Notes: generated by a model from the sequence alone, not told the origin. 64,000 nt of DNA from Dehalococcoidia bacterium (GCA_963665385.1 OY762213.1:1833211-1897210); one strand, 5' to 3'. Counted from the first letter of the stretch, positions 48,703 to 58,654 are shown. Numbers and translations: made by a program.

Positions 48703-49584
48703 TCAACCCTCCCGAGCCAGCCGCCCCCTAGCCGTCTCCACTGCTGAGGCGTTGCTGTCTATCCCGATCCAGCGGCGGCCCAATCGTTGGGCGGCAACGA
48801 GCGTGGTGCCGGAGCCGCAGAAGGGGTCCAGGACGAGGTCGTCGGGGTTGGTGCTGGCCTCGATGATGCGCTCGTAGAGGGCGAGGGGTTTCTGCGTCGG
48901 GTATCCGGTGCGCTCTTTCGCCATGTTGTTCAGCGAGGGGATGTCCCAGACGTCCGTCTCGCCCTTCATTTGGCCTTTGAGCTTCTGCGATTTGGCAGGC
49001 GTCTGCGGCTTATTGAATGTGTAGCGGTCAGACTTCGTGTAGAAGAGGATCACGTCATGCTTGCGGGAGAATGTCCGGCGCGATGAGCCGCCCAGGCCGT
49101 AGGCCCAGACAATCTCGTTTCTGAAATTGCCGATGCCAAACACGGCGTCCATGAGTTGCTTCAGATAGTGACTCGATGTCGGATCACAGTGCATGTATAT
49201 GCTTCCGTCATTCCTGAGAACGCGCCGCATCTCTATCAGGCGAACGGCCATGAAGCAGAGATAGGCAGCCATGTCCTCGCTGTAGGACGAGCGGGTGGAT
49301 TCGATGACAGGAAGGGCCGATGGGCTCACACCGGTTAAGATCGCGCGCCACTCCGGATCAACGTCGCGTTCCCAGGACCAGCGGTCGCTGAACGTGGCAT
49401 CACCCGCAGCCCTGTCGGAGTCTGCGCGAACCTCTCGCCCCTTGTTGAACGGAGGATCGGTGGCGATCAGGTTGACGGATTCGTCCCAAAGCTCGCGCAG
49501 GATGGGCAGGTTGTCTCCGTGGTGGAGGGCACATTCTTTTGTGAGCAGGGCGGACATTACCACACTATTGTGGCGGATTGGCAA
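48703..49584 (-). CDS. Beta-class amino-DNA methyltransferase (N6-adenine or N4-cytosine), orphan
   Basis: Motif IV DPPF (LIATDPPFNKG) precedes the C-terminal motif I (LDPFCGSGTTLVAAQRLGRRWIGIDSN). This is the ParB-less, beta permuted order. No restriction endonuclease gene is adjacent, and GC is lower (about 50%) than the flanks. Confidence 0.85.
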   Translation of the reverse strand: MPIRHNSVVMSALLTKECALHHGDNLPILRELWDESVNLIATDPPFNKGREVRADSDRAAGDATFSDRWSWERDVDPEWRAILTGVSPSALPVIESTRSSYSEDMAAYLCFMAVRLIEMRRVLRNDGSIYMHCDPTSSHYLKQLMDAVFGIGNFRNEIVWAYGLGGSSRRTFSRKHDVILFYTKSDRYTFNKPQTPAKSQKLKGQMKGETDVWDIPSLNNMAKERTGYPTQKPLALYERIIEASTNPDDLVLDPFCGSGTTLVAAQRLGRRWIGIDSNASAVETARGRLAREG

Positions 49585-49613
49585 CCAACAGGCAGAGGGC
49601 TTCGGTGCGCGAA

Positions 49614-49868
49614 TTACCTTACGCCGGCCGAACTCTCCTTCATAACACGCGCATGGAGGACATCTTGAGGAGTGACAGCACGAATCTGGGACGGCATTGC
49701 CGTGGCGATGCCGACAGTCTCTCCACTCGCTCCGAAGAACTCAAGGACGAATGCCTCTCCCGCAGGGTGAATGTGGACTATTACCCCGATGTCTCCGGGT
49801 CGCATGAGTTCCCCGCCATCGCTTTCGACGGCCTCGGTGAGGATGACGCGTGAATGTTCCTTGTGCAT
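49614..49868 (-). CDS. DUF4926 family small protein
   Basis: 84 aa. GDIGVIVHIHPAGEAFVLEFFGASGETVGIATAMPSQIRAV matches the DUF4926 pattern. Confidence 0.6.
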   Translation of the reverse strand: MHKEHSRVILTEAVESDGGELMRPGDIGVIVHIHPAGEAFVLEFFGASGETVGIATAMPSQIRAVTPQDVLHARVMKESSAGVR

Positions 49869-49877
49869 GATGCCTCA

Positions 49878-50209
49878 TTAGACTGCGTGCGCAGTCAAAA
49901 GTCTAGGGAAGTCCGTCCCCAGGTCAAATTGCCAAACTGTCCACACAACATGCTCGCTGCCGTCCGGCAACCGCATTGTTCCCTGCACGGTGTAGCGCAT
50001 TCCCACGGCGTGTCACGGGTCAGAATCACCTGATTCTCCCGGCCATGTCGAAGGAGGGCATCCACGAATTCAGCCGACTGATCTTGGCGAAAACCATGTG
50101 CGGTGAAGAATCTGGCCTTGGGGCCTCCATCCGGATGGTCTTCTGCCAGCAAATATCCAACGGCCTTGACGCTCGCGACAAAGGCACGGTCACTTTCCGG
50201 AAGATTCAA
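49878..50209 (-). pseudogene. DUF6883 family gene disrupted by a frameshift near 50000
   Basis: Frame A gives MNLPESDRAFVASVKAVGYLLAEDHPDGGPKARFFTAHGFRQDQSAEFVDALLRHGRENQVILTRDTPWE. The family-typical C-terminus continues in the +2 frame as MRYTVQGTMRLPDGSEHVVWTVWQFDLGTDFPRLLTAHAV, then TAA at 49878-49880. The frame-A tail CATPCREQCGC... looks non-native. Confidence 0.5.
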
Positions 50210-50247
50210 CGTGTATCTCGCTACAGGGCACGTTGTGCTGACTCACC

Positions 50248-51645
50248 CTAGAACGCCGGGCCCTCCGACAACGGGAACGGCATCGCGAAGTCCGGATATT
50301 TGTCCTGCAGTTGTTTCCATGCGCGGTGCGCGAGCTCCTCACCGCGTTGCAGGATGTCGTCCTCGTCAACGTGCAGCAGCTTGTTGTCGCGCATGACCCA
50401 GTTGCCAGCCACCATCACGGCCTCAACGTCTGAGGCCTGCCCGTTGTTCACAAAATCAGAGATGACGCGGAGCACCGGCACCATGTGAGCACGGCGCAGG
50501 TCCGTGATGAACAGGTCCGCCTGCTTGCCCACTTCGAGCGAGCCGAGCGTGTCATCCATACCCATGATGCGCGCGCCGCCGATTGTCGCCCAGTCCATCA
50601 ATTTTTCGGGCGACGGGCTGAACGGATCGTCGCGCCGCACACGTTCCACGAAGTAGCCGGTACGCACGGCCTCAACCATATCCTCGGCCATGTTGTCGGT
50701 GCCGATTCCAATCACGCAACCTGCCTCTTCAAGGTCGAGGGCGGGAGCCGCGGCGCCGCGGCGGGCGGCAATAGCGGGGTTGTTGGACACGCCGGTGCCG
50801 TGGCGCCCAAGCGCACGTATCTCGGATTCGATGACCTCGCGGCAATGCGCCACAACGAGGCGAGGGCCAAGAAACCCGTTCTGCTCCAGGTAGTGCGCGG
50901 GCAGGACGCCCCACGCGGCCATCACTCCCGCCACCTCCTGCTTGCTCTGTGACAAGTGGATGGTGTAGCCGACGCCACGCTCCTCGGCCAGCTCGCGGGA
51001 TCGGCGCAGCATAGCCGGAGAAACGGAATCGGCTGTCGATGGCGAAAAGTAGACCGTTAGCCGTCCGTCCGCCTTGCCATGCCAGGCATCGTAGACATCA
51101 ACGGCGCGTTGGTAGGCAGCATCCGCACGTTCTTCGGAGAAATCCGACGACGATTTCAGAAGCGTACCGGCACTGATGACGTTGTAGTTCACGTCGGTCA
51201 TGGGCTCGGTCAGAACGAACCGCGCGCCGGTGTCGGCCAACTGCTGCGCATAGTTCGATATGCCTAGTCCCTGCTCGAAGAACGTGGTTGTTCCGCTGCG
51301 GATGCCCTCAATTGCGCCAAGCAGGGCAAACACCTGCATCTCCTCCGCAGAGATCATGGCCGCGACCTGCTCCGGAGCGCCTAGAGGGGAGGGGAATCCG
51401 AGGTCCTCAAGGATGCCGCGGCTCAGCGTTGCTGTCAGGTGCGTATGGCAGTTGAAGAAGCCGGGAAAGACGGCCTTGCCACGCGCAGAGACAGTCTCCG
51501 CGTTGGGGTGGGCGCTGACCACCTCATCAGTCGGACCGATGGCAGCGATGTTGCCGTCGTCGCCGATGGCGATCGCACCGTCGTAGATGATGCGCCCTTC
51601 GGGATCACTCGTAACGATGATGGTGTCTCGGATTACGGTGGCCAT
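50248..51645 (-). CDS. Amidohydrolase (TRZ/ATZ chlorohydrolase / nucleobase deaminase-like)
   Basis: 465 aa with the metal-binding FFNCHTHL (HxH) motif. The remaining family Asp/His residues were not located in the translation. The amidohydrolase-1 core is recognisable. Confidence 0.82.
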   Translation of the reverse strand: MATVIRDTIIVTSDPEGRIIYDGAIAIGDDGNIAAIGPTDEVVSAHPNAETVSARGKAVFPGFFNCHTHLTATLSRGILEDLGFPSPLGAPEQVAAMISAEEMQVFALLGAIEGIRSGTTTFFEQGLGISNYAQQLADTGARFVLTEPMTDVNYNVISAGTLLKSSSDFSEERADAAYQRAVDVYDAWHGKADGRLTVYFSPSTADSVSPAMLRRSRELAEERGVGYTIHLSQSKQEVAGVMAAWGVLPAHYLEQNGFLGPRLVVAHCREVIESEIRALGRHGTGVSNNPAIAARRGAAAPALDLEEAGCVIGIGTDNMAEDMVEAVRTGYFVERVRRDDPFSPSPEKLMDWATIGGARIMGMDDTLGSLEVGKQADLFITDLRRAHMVPVLRVISDFVNNGQASDVEAVMVAGNWVMRDNKLLHVDEDDILQRGEELAHRAWKQLQDKYPDFAMPFPLSEGPAF

Positions 51646-51728
51646 AGTTGTCTTTCCCCCTCACCTTGCCCCTCTCCCGGGAGAGGGGATTTATTGTATG
51701 CCCCCAAATAGGAGGGCGACCAGCGGCG

Positions 51729-53567
51729 CTAGTTCTGTGCGAGTAGACGCGCGGCGGCCTCAATATGTGCGGCGTCGATGCCGGCCTGGGACAGCAGATC
51801 CGCCGGCTTGCCGGAGCCCGGCATCCCCTGCACGGCGATCTTGATCACGCGCGGCGGGTTTCGCAGCCCGCCAAGCGCCCCAAGCACGGCGTCGCCGATG
51901 CCACCCTCGGCCCAGTGGTCCTCCACCGTGAGTAGCGTCCCCGTGTCACGCGCAGCAGCCTCGAGTGTGTCGGAGTCGATGGGCTTGACGCTGTAGAGGT
52001 CAATCAGCCGGACGTTGATGCCGTCCGCAGCCATCGCATCGACGGCCTTGAGCGATTCATGCACCGTGATGCCGGCCGCGACGATAGTCAGTACATCGTT
52101 GTCGGAGGACCGGAGCACGCGTGAACCGCCCACGCGGAACACCTCGTCAGGTTCATAGAGAACGGGCGTCGCCTCACGGGTCGTGCGGATGTAGGAGATA
52201 CCGTCAATATCGGCCATTGCCGCGACGAGCTGCGCGGCCTGGTTGCCGTCCGAGGGATACAGGACGGTGCTGCCATTGATAGCCCGCATCATTGCGATGT
52301 CCTCGAGCGCCATCTGCGAGGGGCCATCCTCTCCGATGGAGACGCCGGCGTGTGAGCCGGAGAGCCTGATATTAGCGCGGCTGACGGCAGCCATGCGAAT
52401 GAAGTCATAGGCGCGCGTTAGAAATGCCGCAAACGTTGAGACATACGGCGTCCAGCCGCGCACCTGCATCCCGACCGCCGTGGCGACAGCCTGTTGCTCG
52501 GCAATGTAGCACTCGAAGAAGCGCTCCGGGTGCTCCTTGCCGAAGATATCCGCGTGCGTGGAATTGCTGACCTCGCCATCGAGGGCTACGACGTCGCCCC
52601 TGCGTCCGCCGATAGCTGCCAGCGCGTCGCCATAGGCACGCCGGGTTGCCATGCGCGAACCAACCTCATACTTGGGCAGGCCGCCACTCGGCGTGACCTT
52701 GAAGACATTTGCTTCAACGGAGTTGGCGGGGGTCTGTACGGTGACCGTCGCGCCGGTACTGCCGCCGAGCTCGCTGATGGCGGTGTCCGCATCTGCGATG
52801 GGACGCCCATGGAAGCCGTCCTTGTTCTCAACCGCCGATACGCCTCGTCCCTTCATGGTCTTGGCGATGATTGCGGTGGGGCGTCCCTCGGTCCCGACCG
52901 CCTCCTGGAAAGCGGCGTTGATGGCGTCGACGCTATGGCCGTCAATCTCGATGGTGTGCCAACCGAAAGCTTGCAGGCGAGCGGCATAGGCGCCCGTGTC
53001 CCAGCCGTACATCGTCTCGCCGCGCTGGCCGAGTCGATTCACGTCGATGATGGCGGTCAGGTTGTCCAGATCCCAGTGGGCGGCGTGCTCCGCCGCCTCC
53101 CACATGGAGCCCTCAGCCATCTCACTGTCGCCGCAGAAGACCCACACCCGATAGGGCAGCTTGTCCAGCCGCTTGCCGGCCAGCGCAATCCCTACGGCAA
53201 TAGGCAGGCCTTGCCCCAATGAGCCGGTTGCAACATCAACAGTGGGTAAGTTGGGAACGGGGTGGCCCTCGAGACGGCTGCCGATCGAGCGATATGTCAG
53301 GAATTCTTCGTCGTCGATCACTCCCGCGGCCTTCAACATGCTGTATATCAGCGGGGAGGCGTGGCCTTTGGAGAAAACGAGGTGGTCGTTATTCGGGGCA
53401 TCCCGGCGCTCCAGGTCATAACGCAGATAGTCACTTAGTAGCACAGAGGCCAGATCCGCCGCAGACATGCTGGACGTTGGATGTCCGGAACTAGCCTGCG
53501 CGGCCACGCGCACGGAATCGACCCTGAGTTGTTGCGCGAGACTCTCCCACGTTGCGACATCGCCCAT
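51729..53567 (-). CDS. tkt: Transketolase
   Basis: 612 aa. The TPP-binding region CGDSEMAEGSMWEAAEHAAHWDLDNL is present. Pyrimidine-binding and C-terminal domains are recognisable. Confidence 0.93.
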   Translation of the reverse strand: MGDVATWESLAQQLRVDSVRVAAQASSGHPTSSMSAADLASVLLSDYLRYDLERRDAPNNDHLVFSKGHASPLIYSMLKAAGVIDDEEFLTYRSIGSRLEGHPVPNLPTVDVATGSLGQGLPIAVGIALAGKRLDKLPYRVWVFCGDSEMAEGSMWEAAEHAAHWDLDNLTAIIDVNRLGQRGETMYGWDTGAYAARLQAFGWHTIEIDGHSVDAINAAFQEAVGTEGRPTAIIAKTMKGRGVSAVENKDGFHGRPIADADTAISELGGSTGATVTVQTPANSVEANVFKVTPSGGLPKYEVGSRMATRRAYGDALAAIGGRRGDVVALDGEVSNSTHADIFGKEHPERFFECYIAEQQAVATAVGMQVRGWTPYVSTFAAFLTRAYDFIRMAAVSRANIRLSGSHAGVSIGEDGPSQMALEDIAMMRAINGSTVLYPSDGNQAAQLVAAMADIDGISYIRTTREATPVLYEPDEVFRVGGSRVLRSSDNDVLTIVAAGITVHESLKAVDAMAADGINVRLIDLYSVKPIDSDTLEAAARDTGTLLTVEDHWAEGGIGDAVLGALGGLRNPPRVIKIAVQGMPGSGKPADLLSQAGIDAAHIEAAARLLAQN

Positions 53568-53638
53568 TAAAATTGCCCCCTTTGCCGCGTTATCTGCCCC
53601 TTACTGTCATCATCAACTTTTTTGTGCCTCGTATCAAT

Positions 53639-53658
53639 CACGATTGCTGGGAATCGTG
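53639..53658. promoter_or_regulatory. Candidate operator: inverted repeat CACGATT-N6-AATCGTG in the tkt / gamma-CA divergent intergenic region
   Basis: A perfect 7-bp inverted repeat with a 6-bp spacer inside a lower-GC stretch at 53580-53730. Confidence 0.25.
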
Positions 53659-53729
53659 CCGGATTCCTATCCCATTGTCGTCGCGTTGCCATAATCCGGA
53701 ATTGACCCCCTACCGACGCGCCGTCGATA

Positions 53730-54827
53730 ATGCGCCCAACTACCATGACCATCCGTACCGTCCAGGGCAGGACGCCCGTCATTCATCCCACCGCGTGGGT
53801 CGCCGACACTGCCTATTTGATGGGCGATGTCGAGGTTCATGAGGGCGCGAGCATTTGGCCGGGAGCCGTGCTGCGTGCCGAGGGGGGACGCATCATCATT
53901 CGCCGAAACGCTGCTGTGTTTGAACGATCCGTGGTCCATGGCGGGGGCGTTGGCGCAATATCCAGCGTGACCGAAATCGGCGAAGGCGCGCACGTGGGTG
54001 TCGGAGCGATGGTGCATTCCATGGGCGTTGGCCGCTACACACGCGTCGGCGATAACGCAACGGTGTTGGAGGCGGCGACGGTTGGCGAGTGGTGTTGGAT
54101 TGAGCCGCGCGCCGTCGTTCTTCCGCGTGCCGTGATTCCCCACTATTCGCGAGTCTCCGGCATACCCGGCGTTGCCATCCGGACGATCAACGACTTCGAG
54201 CAGCGGATCCTGTCCGTTCAGGGATACAACACCACCGCGCGCGCCGCGCAGCATCGTGATACTCAGCCGATAGGAGGATCGCCAATGATCCGGTCATTCA
54301 ACGGAAAGTCGCCGAAGATTCATCCGAAGGCGTGGGTGAGCGAGGCGGCGTACGTGGTGGGCGACGTGGAGATTGGCGAGCAGTGCACGGTTTTCCCGGG
54401 CGCGGTGATTCGCGGCGACATGGGGAAGATCGTCATCGGCGACCGCACGAACGTGCAGGACAACGCCGTCGTCCACGCCAACGGGGATATCACCATCGGC
54501 ACGGACAATACGCTGGGCCATGCCGTGACATTTCACGGTAGTAAACTCGGCAATCACTGCCTGATTGGCAACAACTCCACGGTTTCCGAGGGAGTGGAGA
54601 TTGGCGATTTCTGCGTCGTTGCGGCGGGCGGCGCTGTCGCGCCGTACGCAATCATTCCTGATGACTCATTCGCCGCGGGGGTGCCCACGGAGGTTCTGTG
54701 GCAGACGGAGCCAGCACGACGGGAGCAGATGGAGGCAACCGGCGGCGGTTACTACGCCCGACTCAGCGAGGTCTACCAGGCCGACGGCCTAGGCTCATGG
54801 CCTCCGGGAGAGGATCCGCCGGAGTAG
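53730..54827 (+). CDS. Tandem fusion of two gamma-carbonic-anhydrase/left-handed beta-helix (hexapeptide) domains
   Basis: Domain 1 reads PVIHPTAWVADTAYLMGDVEVHEGASIWPGAVLRAEGG.IIIRRNAAV... Domain 2 starts at about 54285: MIRSFNGKSPKIHPKAWVSEAAYVVGDVEIGEQCTVFPGAVIRGDMGKIVIGDRTNVQDNAVVHA. No stop codon separates them. The start may be the internal MTIRT at 53745. Confidence 0.8.
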   Translation: MRPTTMTIRTVQGRTPVIHPTAWVADTAYLMGDVEVHEGASIWPGAVLRAEGGRIIIRRNAAVFERSVVHGGGVGAISSVTEIGEGAHVGVGAMVHSMGVGRYTRVGDNATVLEAATVGEWCWIEPRAVVLPRAVIPHYSRVSGIPGVAIRTINDFEQRILSVQGYNTTARAAQHRDTQPIGGSPMIRSFNGKSPKIHPKAWVSEAAYVVGDVEIGEQCTVFPGAVIRGDMGKIVIGDRTNVQDNAVVHANGDITIGTDNTLGHAVTFHGSKLGNHCLIGNNSTVSEGVEIGDFCVVAAGGAVAPYAIIPDDSFAAGVPTEVLWQTEPARREQMEATGGGYYARLSEVYQADGLGSWPPGEDPPE

Positions 54828-54832
54828 ACGCT

Positions 54833-55522
54833 TCACTCCGACAAGGTGTTCTCGGCCAGTTCGCGTAGAATTTTGATGCGCTCAGGGACAGGCTCAGGCC
54901 GGCCATAGACTGCGGTTCCAGCAACAAACAGTCTCGCCCCCGCCCGGACGGCTTGCTCGATGGTGGTTTCGTTGATGCCGCCGTCTACCTCCAATTCAAC
55001 ATCGAGGCCACGCGAGTCGATGATGCCGCGCATTGCGGCAATCTTGGTCTCAACTTCAGGGATGTAGGGCTGCCCACCGTAGCCGGGGCTGACTGTCATC
55101 AGCAGGGCAATAGCAATCTCGTCCAGAAAGGGCAGAATGGGGTCGATGGGTGTCTCCGGCCTGACGGCCACTCCCGCCTGCACGCCGGAATCCCGCACGG
55201 CGGCAACAGTGGCGGCCAAATCTGCGCAGGCTTCGGCGTGAACAACAATAACGTCTGCGCCGGCCCTGGCGATGTGCTCTATGTGGCGCGCAGGTTCCTC
55301 AACCATCATGTGGACGACCAGAGGAACGACCCCGGCATATGGCTTGATTGCGCCAATCATCTGCGCGCCGAATGTGATGGGCGGAACAAAGTGGCCGTCC
55401 ATGACATCGACGTGGATATAGTCCGCGCCGCCCTGCACCGCTGCTGCCACGTCATCGCCGAGCCGCGCAAAGTCCGCGGCGAGGATGGACGGCGCGATCT
55501 TGATCGTGTTGTGGCGCGACAT
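54833..55522 (-). CDS. rpe: Ribulose-phosphate 3-epimerase
   Basis: 229 aa. IAPSILAADFARLGDDV...HVDVMDGHFVPPITFG and the C-terminal VDGGIN region are present. Confidence 0.92.
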   Translation of the reverse strand: MSRHNTIKIAPSILAADFARLGDDVAAAVQGGADYIHVDVMDGHFVPPITFGAQMIGAIKPYAGVVPLVVHMMVEEPARHIEHIARAGADVIVVHAEACADLAATVAAVRDSGVQAGVAVRPETPIDPILPFLDEIAIALLMTVSPGYGGQPYIPEVETKIAAMRGIIDSRGLDVELEVDGGINETTIEQAVRAGARLFVAGTAVYGRPEPVPERIKILRELAENTLSE

Positions 55523-55530
55523 TCAGCCGA

Positions 55531-56919
55531 TCAGCTTTCGCTAGATTCGAGGCGAGCACGCGCCGCAGTGATGGCATTGCGCACGCGGTTTGGCGCGGTG
55601 CCGCCAACGATGTCGCGTTTGGCAATCGCGGACTCGACTGTGATGCTCAGAACGTCCTGCTCAAAGCGCTCCGAGGCGCGGCGATAATCGTCCAGCGTGA
55701 GATCGCGCAACTGTTTGCCCTCTGCGAGTGTCGACTCCACGAGGGAGTTTACGATGCCGTGCGCCTCCCGAAACGGGACTCCCTTTGCGGCAAGATGGTC
55801 AGCCAGCTCCGTTGCCAGCAGGAAGCCGCTCTCTGCAGCGCCACGCATTCTCTCGCCATTGAATTCCAGGGTTTGAATCATGCCGCTCATCATCTCCAGG
55901 CTTCCAAACAGCGTGTCAGCCGCATCGAACAGCGGCTCCTTGTCCTCCTGCAAGTCGCGGTTGTAGGCAAGCGGCAGAGCCTTGACCGTTGTGAGAACAG
56001 AAACGAGGCTGCCAAGCACACGCCCTACCTTTCCTCGTACCAGTTCAGCAATGTCCGGATTCCGCTTCTGCGGCATGATGCTGGAGCCGGAGGCGTAGTC
56101 GCCGCCGACACGAACGAAACCGAACTCATCGGACGACCACAGGATGATCTCCTCGCACAGTCGGGAAAGGTGCGTCATGGTGAGCGCGGAGGCGGACAGG
56201 AATTCGATGATGTAGTCGCGGTCGGCGACGGCGTCCATGCTGTTGCGGCTGACGGTAGCAAAATCCAGGTCGGCGGCCAGCGCGTCACGGTCGATTGGAT
56301 AGGCCGTGCCGGTGAGAGCGGCGCTGCCAAGCGGCATGATGTCGGCGCGGGTTAGCGCATCGGCCAACCGACCCGTGTCGCGCTCGGCCATCTCAACGTA
56401 GGCGAGTAGGTGATGCGCGAGCAGGACGGGTTGGGCACGCTGCAGATGTGTGTAGCCGGGGAGTACGACATCGATGCCCTGTTCCGCCTGATCCAACAGG
56501 GCGCGGCAATAGGCATTCAGGCGCTGCAACGTGACCGCAATGACGTCCTTGACGTAGAGGCGGGTATCCGTCGCGATCTGGTCATTGCGGGAGCGGCCCG
56601 TATGGAGTTTGCCGCCAAGAGGGCCGATGAGTTCAATCAGCCGCCGCTCGACGTTGAAGTGGATGTCCTCCAACTCAAGGCGGAACGGGAACTCGCCCGA
56701 CTCAAGCTCTAGGCGGATGGACTCAAGTCCGCCGATTGTTGCTTGTAGCTCGTCGTCTGTGAGAATGCCGGCACGCGCCAATGCACGCGCCCACGCCTCT
56801 GATCCGCGCACGTCGTACGACGCCAAGCGCCAGTCATACGGTAAGGACGCGAGAAAATCCGCCGGAGTAGTACTCAATTCATCCGCCATACATACAGGAT
56901 AACGGTACGGGGGTTGCAC
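55531..56919 (-). CDS. argH: Argininosuccinate lyase
   Basis: 462 aa with the fumarate-lyase signature GSSIMPQKRNPD and a TGRSRNDQ motif. Confidence 0.93.
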   Translation of the reverse strand: MQPPYRYPVCMADELSTTPADFLASLPYDWRLASYDVRGSEAWARALARAGILTDDELQATIGGLESIRLELESGEFPFRLELEDIHFNVERRLIELIGPLGGKLHTGRSRNDQIATDTRLYVKDVIAVTLQRLNAYCRALLDQAEQGIDVVLPGYTHLQRAQPVLLAHHLLAYVEMAERDTGRLADALTRADIMPLGSAALTGTAYPIDRDALAADLDFATVSRNSMDAVADRDYIIEFLSASALTMTHLSRLCEEIILWSSDEFGFVRVGGDYASGSSIMPQKRNPDIAELVRGKVGRVLGSLVSVLTTVKALPLAYNRDLQEDKEPLFDAADTLFGSLEMMSGMIQTLEFNGERMRGAAESGFLLATELADHLAAKGVPFREAHGIVNSLVESTLAEGKQLRDLTLDDYRRASERFEQDVLSITVESAIAKRDIVGGTAPNRVRNAITAARARLESSES

Positions 56920-56978
56920 GGAGGTGGGAGTTTCGGTAACACAATAGGAGACAAGAGGACATTAGGGGGAGAGGCGAC

Positions 56979-57434
56979 GTGAGAAGCGAGGCAACAACGG
57001 CTGATGAGTACCTGACCAGCCTGCCGGAAGAGCGGCGTGAGGCGCTACAAGCAGTGCGCCAGGTGGTGCTGGACAACCTACCGGATGGATTCGAGGAGTG
57101 CATGGCATACGGGATGATTGGGTACGTCGTGCCGCTCAGCCGTTATCCGGACACGTACAATAAGCAGCCGTTGGGACTTGCCGCCCTCGCGTCTCAGAAG
57201 CGGCACATGGCGATTTACCTGACCAGCATCTATGAGGATGCGGAGACGCTGGAGTGGTTCACGTCCGAGTACTCCGCGACCGGCAAGCCGATGGACATAG
57301 GAAAATCGTGCGTACGCTTCAAGCGCGTTGATGATCTGCCGCTGGATGTAATTGGGCAGGCAATAGCGCACACAAGCCTGGACGAATTTCTGACTTCATA
57401 TGAGAAATCGCGGAGCGGGAAAAAGGGTGAGTGA
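56979..57434 (+). CDS. DUF1801 (YdhG-like) domain protein
   Basis: 151 aa. EYLTSLPEERREALQAVRQVVLDNLPDGFEECMAYGMIGY is the DUF1801 pattern. Confidence 0.65.
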   Translation: MRSEATTADEYLTSLPEERREALQAVRQVVLDNLPDGFEECMAYGMIGYVVPLSRYPDTYNKQPLGLAALASQKRHMAIYLTSIYEDAETLEWFTSEYSATGKPMDIGKSCVRFKRVDDLPLDVIGQAIAHTSLDEFLTSYEKSRSGKKGE

Positions 57435-57457
57435 AGCAGCGAGTTGATTTGGCTTCC

Positions 57458-58654
57458 CTACTCCTCCGGCCTCACTCGCGCTTGCGTCCTGATTGGCAGG
57501 CCCCAGAGGTGGATGAAGCCCGGCGAGGCTGACTGGTCAAAGACGTCGCCCTCATCGTAGGTGGCGAGGGCGTGCTGGTAGAGGGCGTAATCGCTCTTGC
57601 GGCCCACCACCATTGCGTGCCCCTTGTGCAGCTTCACCCGCACCGCGCCGGTAACGGCACGCTGGCTGCTATCGACGTACGCCTGCAGGTCCTCACGCAG
57701 CTGGCTGAACCAGAGGCCGTCATACACAAGCTGCGCGTATTCGCGAGAGACGGTCTCTCCGAATCGCACCTGGTCCTTCGTGAGAACCATGCCCTCCAGC
57801 GACCTGTGCGCGTTGATGAGAATCGTTGCCGCGGGGGCCTCATAGATCTCGCGCGACTTGATGCCGACCAGGCGATCCTCAATGTGATCAATGCGGCCAA
57901 CGCCGTGCTCCCCGCCTATCTTTGACAGCGTCTCCACCAGGTCGACAGGCCCCATCTCCGCGCCGTCCAGCGCTACGGGCACGCCCTGCTTAAATTGCAA
58001 TTCCAGATAGTGCGGCTCGTCGGGCGCCTCGTGCGGCGCGACGGTCCACTCGTAGGCATTCTCGGGCGGCTCACGCCACGCGTCCTCAAGGACTCCGGCC
58101 TCAATGCTGCGCCCCCACAGGTTGTCGTCTGTGGAATACGGCTTCTCGAGCGTAGAGGGGACGGGAATCTCGTGTTCACGGGCGTAGGCGATCTCCTCGA
58201 CGCGCGTCATGCCCCATTCGCGGGCGGGCGCAACCACCTTGAGATCAGGCGCGAGCGCGCCGACGGAGACATCCAGCCGAACCTGGTCGTTGCCCTTGCC
58301 CGTGCAGCCGTGCGCGACGGCCGTCGCGCCTTCCTGTCGCGCCGCCTCAACCATGAGGCGGGCAATCAAAGGGCGTCCGAGTGCCGTAGCGACGGGATAG
58401 ACACCCTGGTAGAGCGCGTTGGCCTTGAGTGCGGGGAAAACGAAGTCGCGGATGAACTCATCACGGACATCGGCAACGTGCGCGCCGACAGCGCCGGACT
58501 CAAGAGCGCGCTGCCGTATTTCCTCCAGGTTGTCGACGTTGCCCAGGTTCGCCGTCAGCGTGACAACGTCGTACCCATAGTTCTCCTGGATCCACCGCAC
58601 CGCAACGGACGTATCAAGCCCCCCGCTATACGCAAGAACAAGTTTGTCTGGCAT
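57458..58654 (-). CDS. argG: Argininosuccinate synthase
   Basis: 398 aa. The PP-loop is AYSGGLDTS. The core and C-terminus are characteristic. Confidence 0.93.
   Translation of the reverse strand: MPDKLVLAYSGGLDTSVAVRWIQENYGYDVVTLTANLGNVDNLEEIRQRALESGAVGAHVADVRDEFIRDFVFPALKANALYQGVYPVATALGRPLIARLMVEAARQEGATAVAHGCTGKGNDQVRLDVSVGALAPDLKVVAPAREWGMTRVEEIAYAREHEIPVPSTLEKPYSTDDNLWGRSIEAGVLEDAWREPPENAYEWTVAPHEAPDEPHYLELQFKQGVPVALDGAEMGPVDLVETLSKIGGEHGVGRIDHIEDRLVGIKSREIYEAPAATILINAHRSLEGMVLTKDQVRFGETVSREYAQLVYDGLWFSQLREDLQAYVDSSQRAVTGAVRVKLHKGHAMVVGRKSDYALYQHALATYDEGDVFDQSASPGFIHLWGLPIRTQARVRPEE

Noticed and set aside
52494-53222. 242-aa plus-strand ORF inside tkt
   Set aside because: It is antisense to transketolase.
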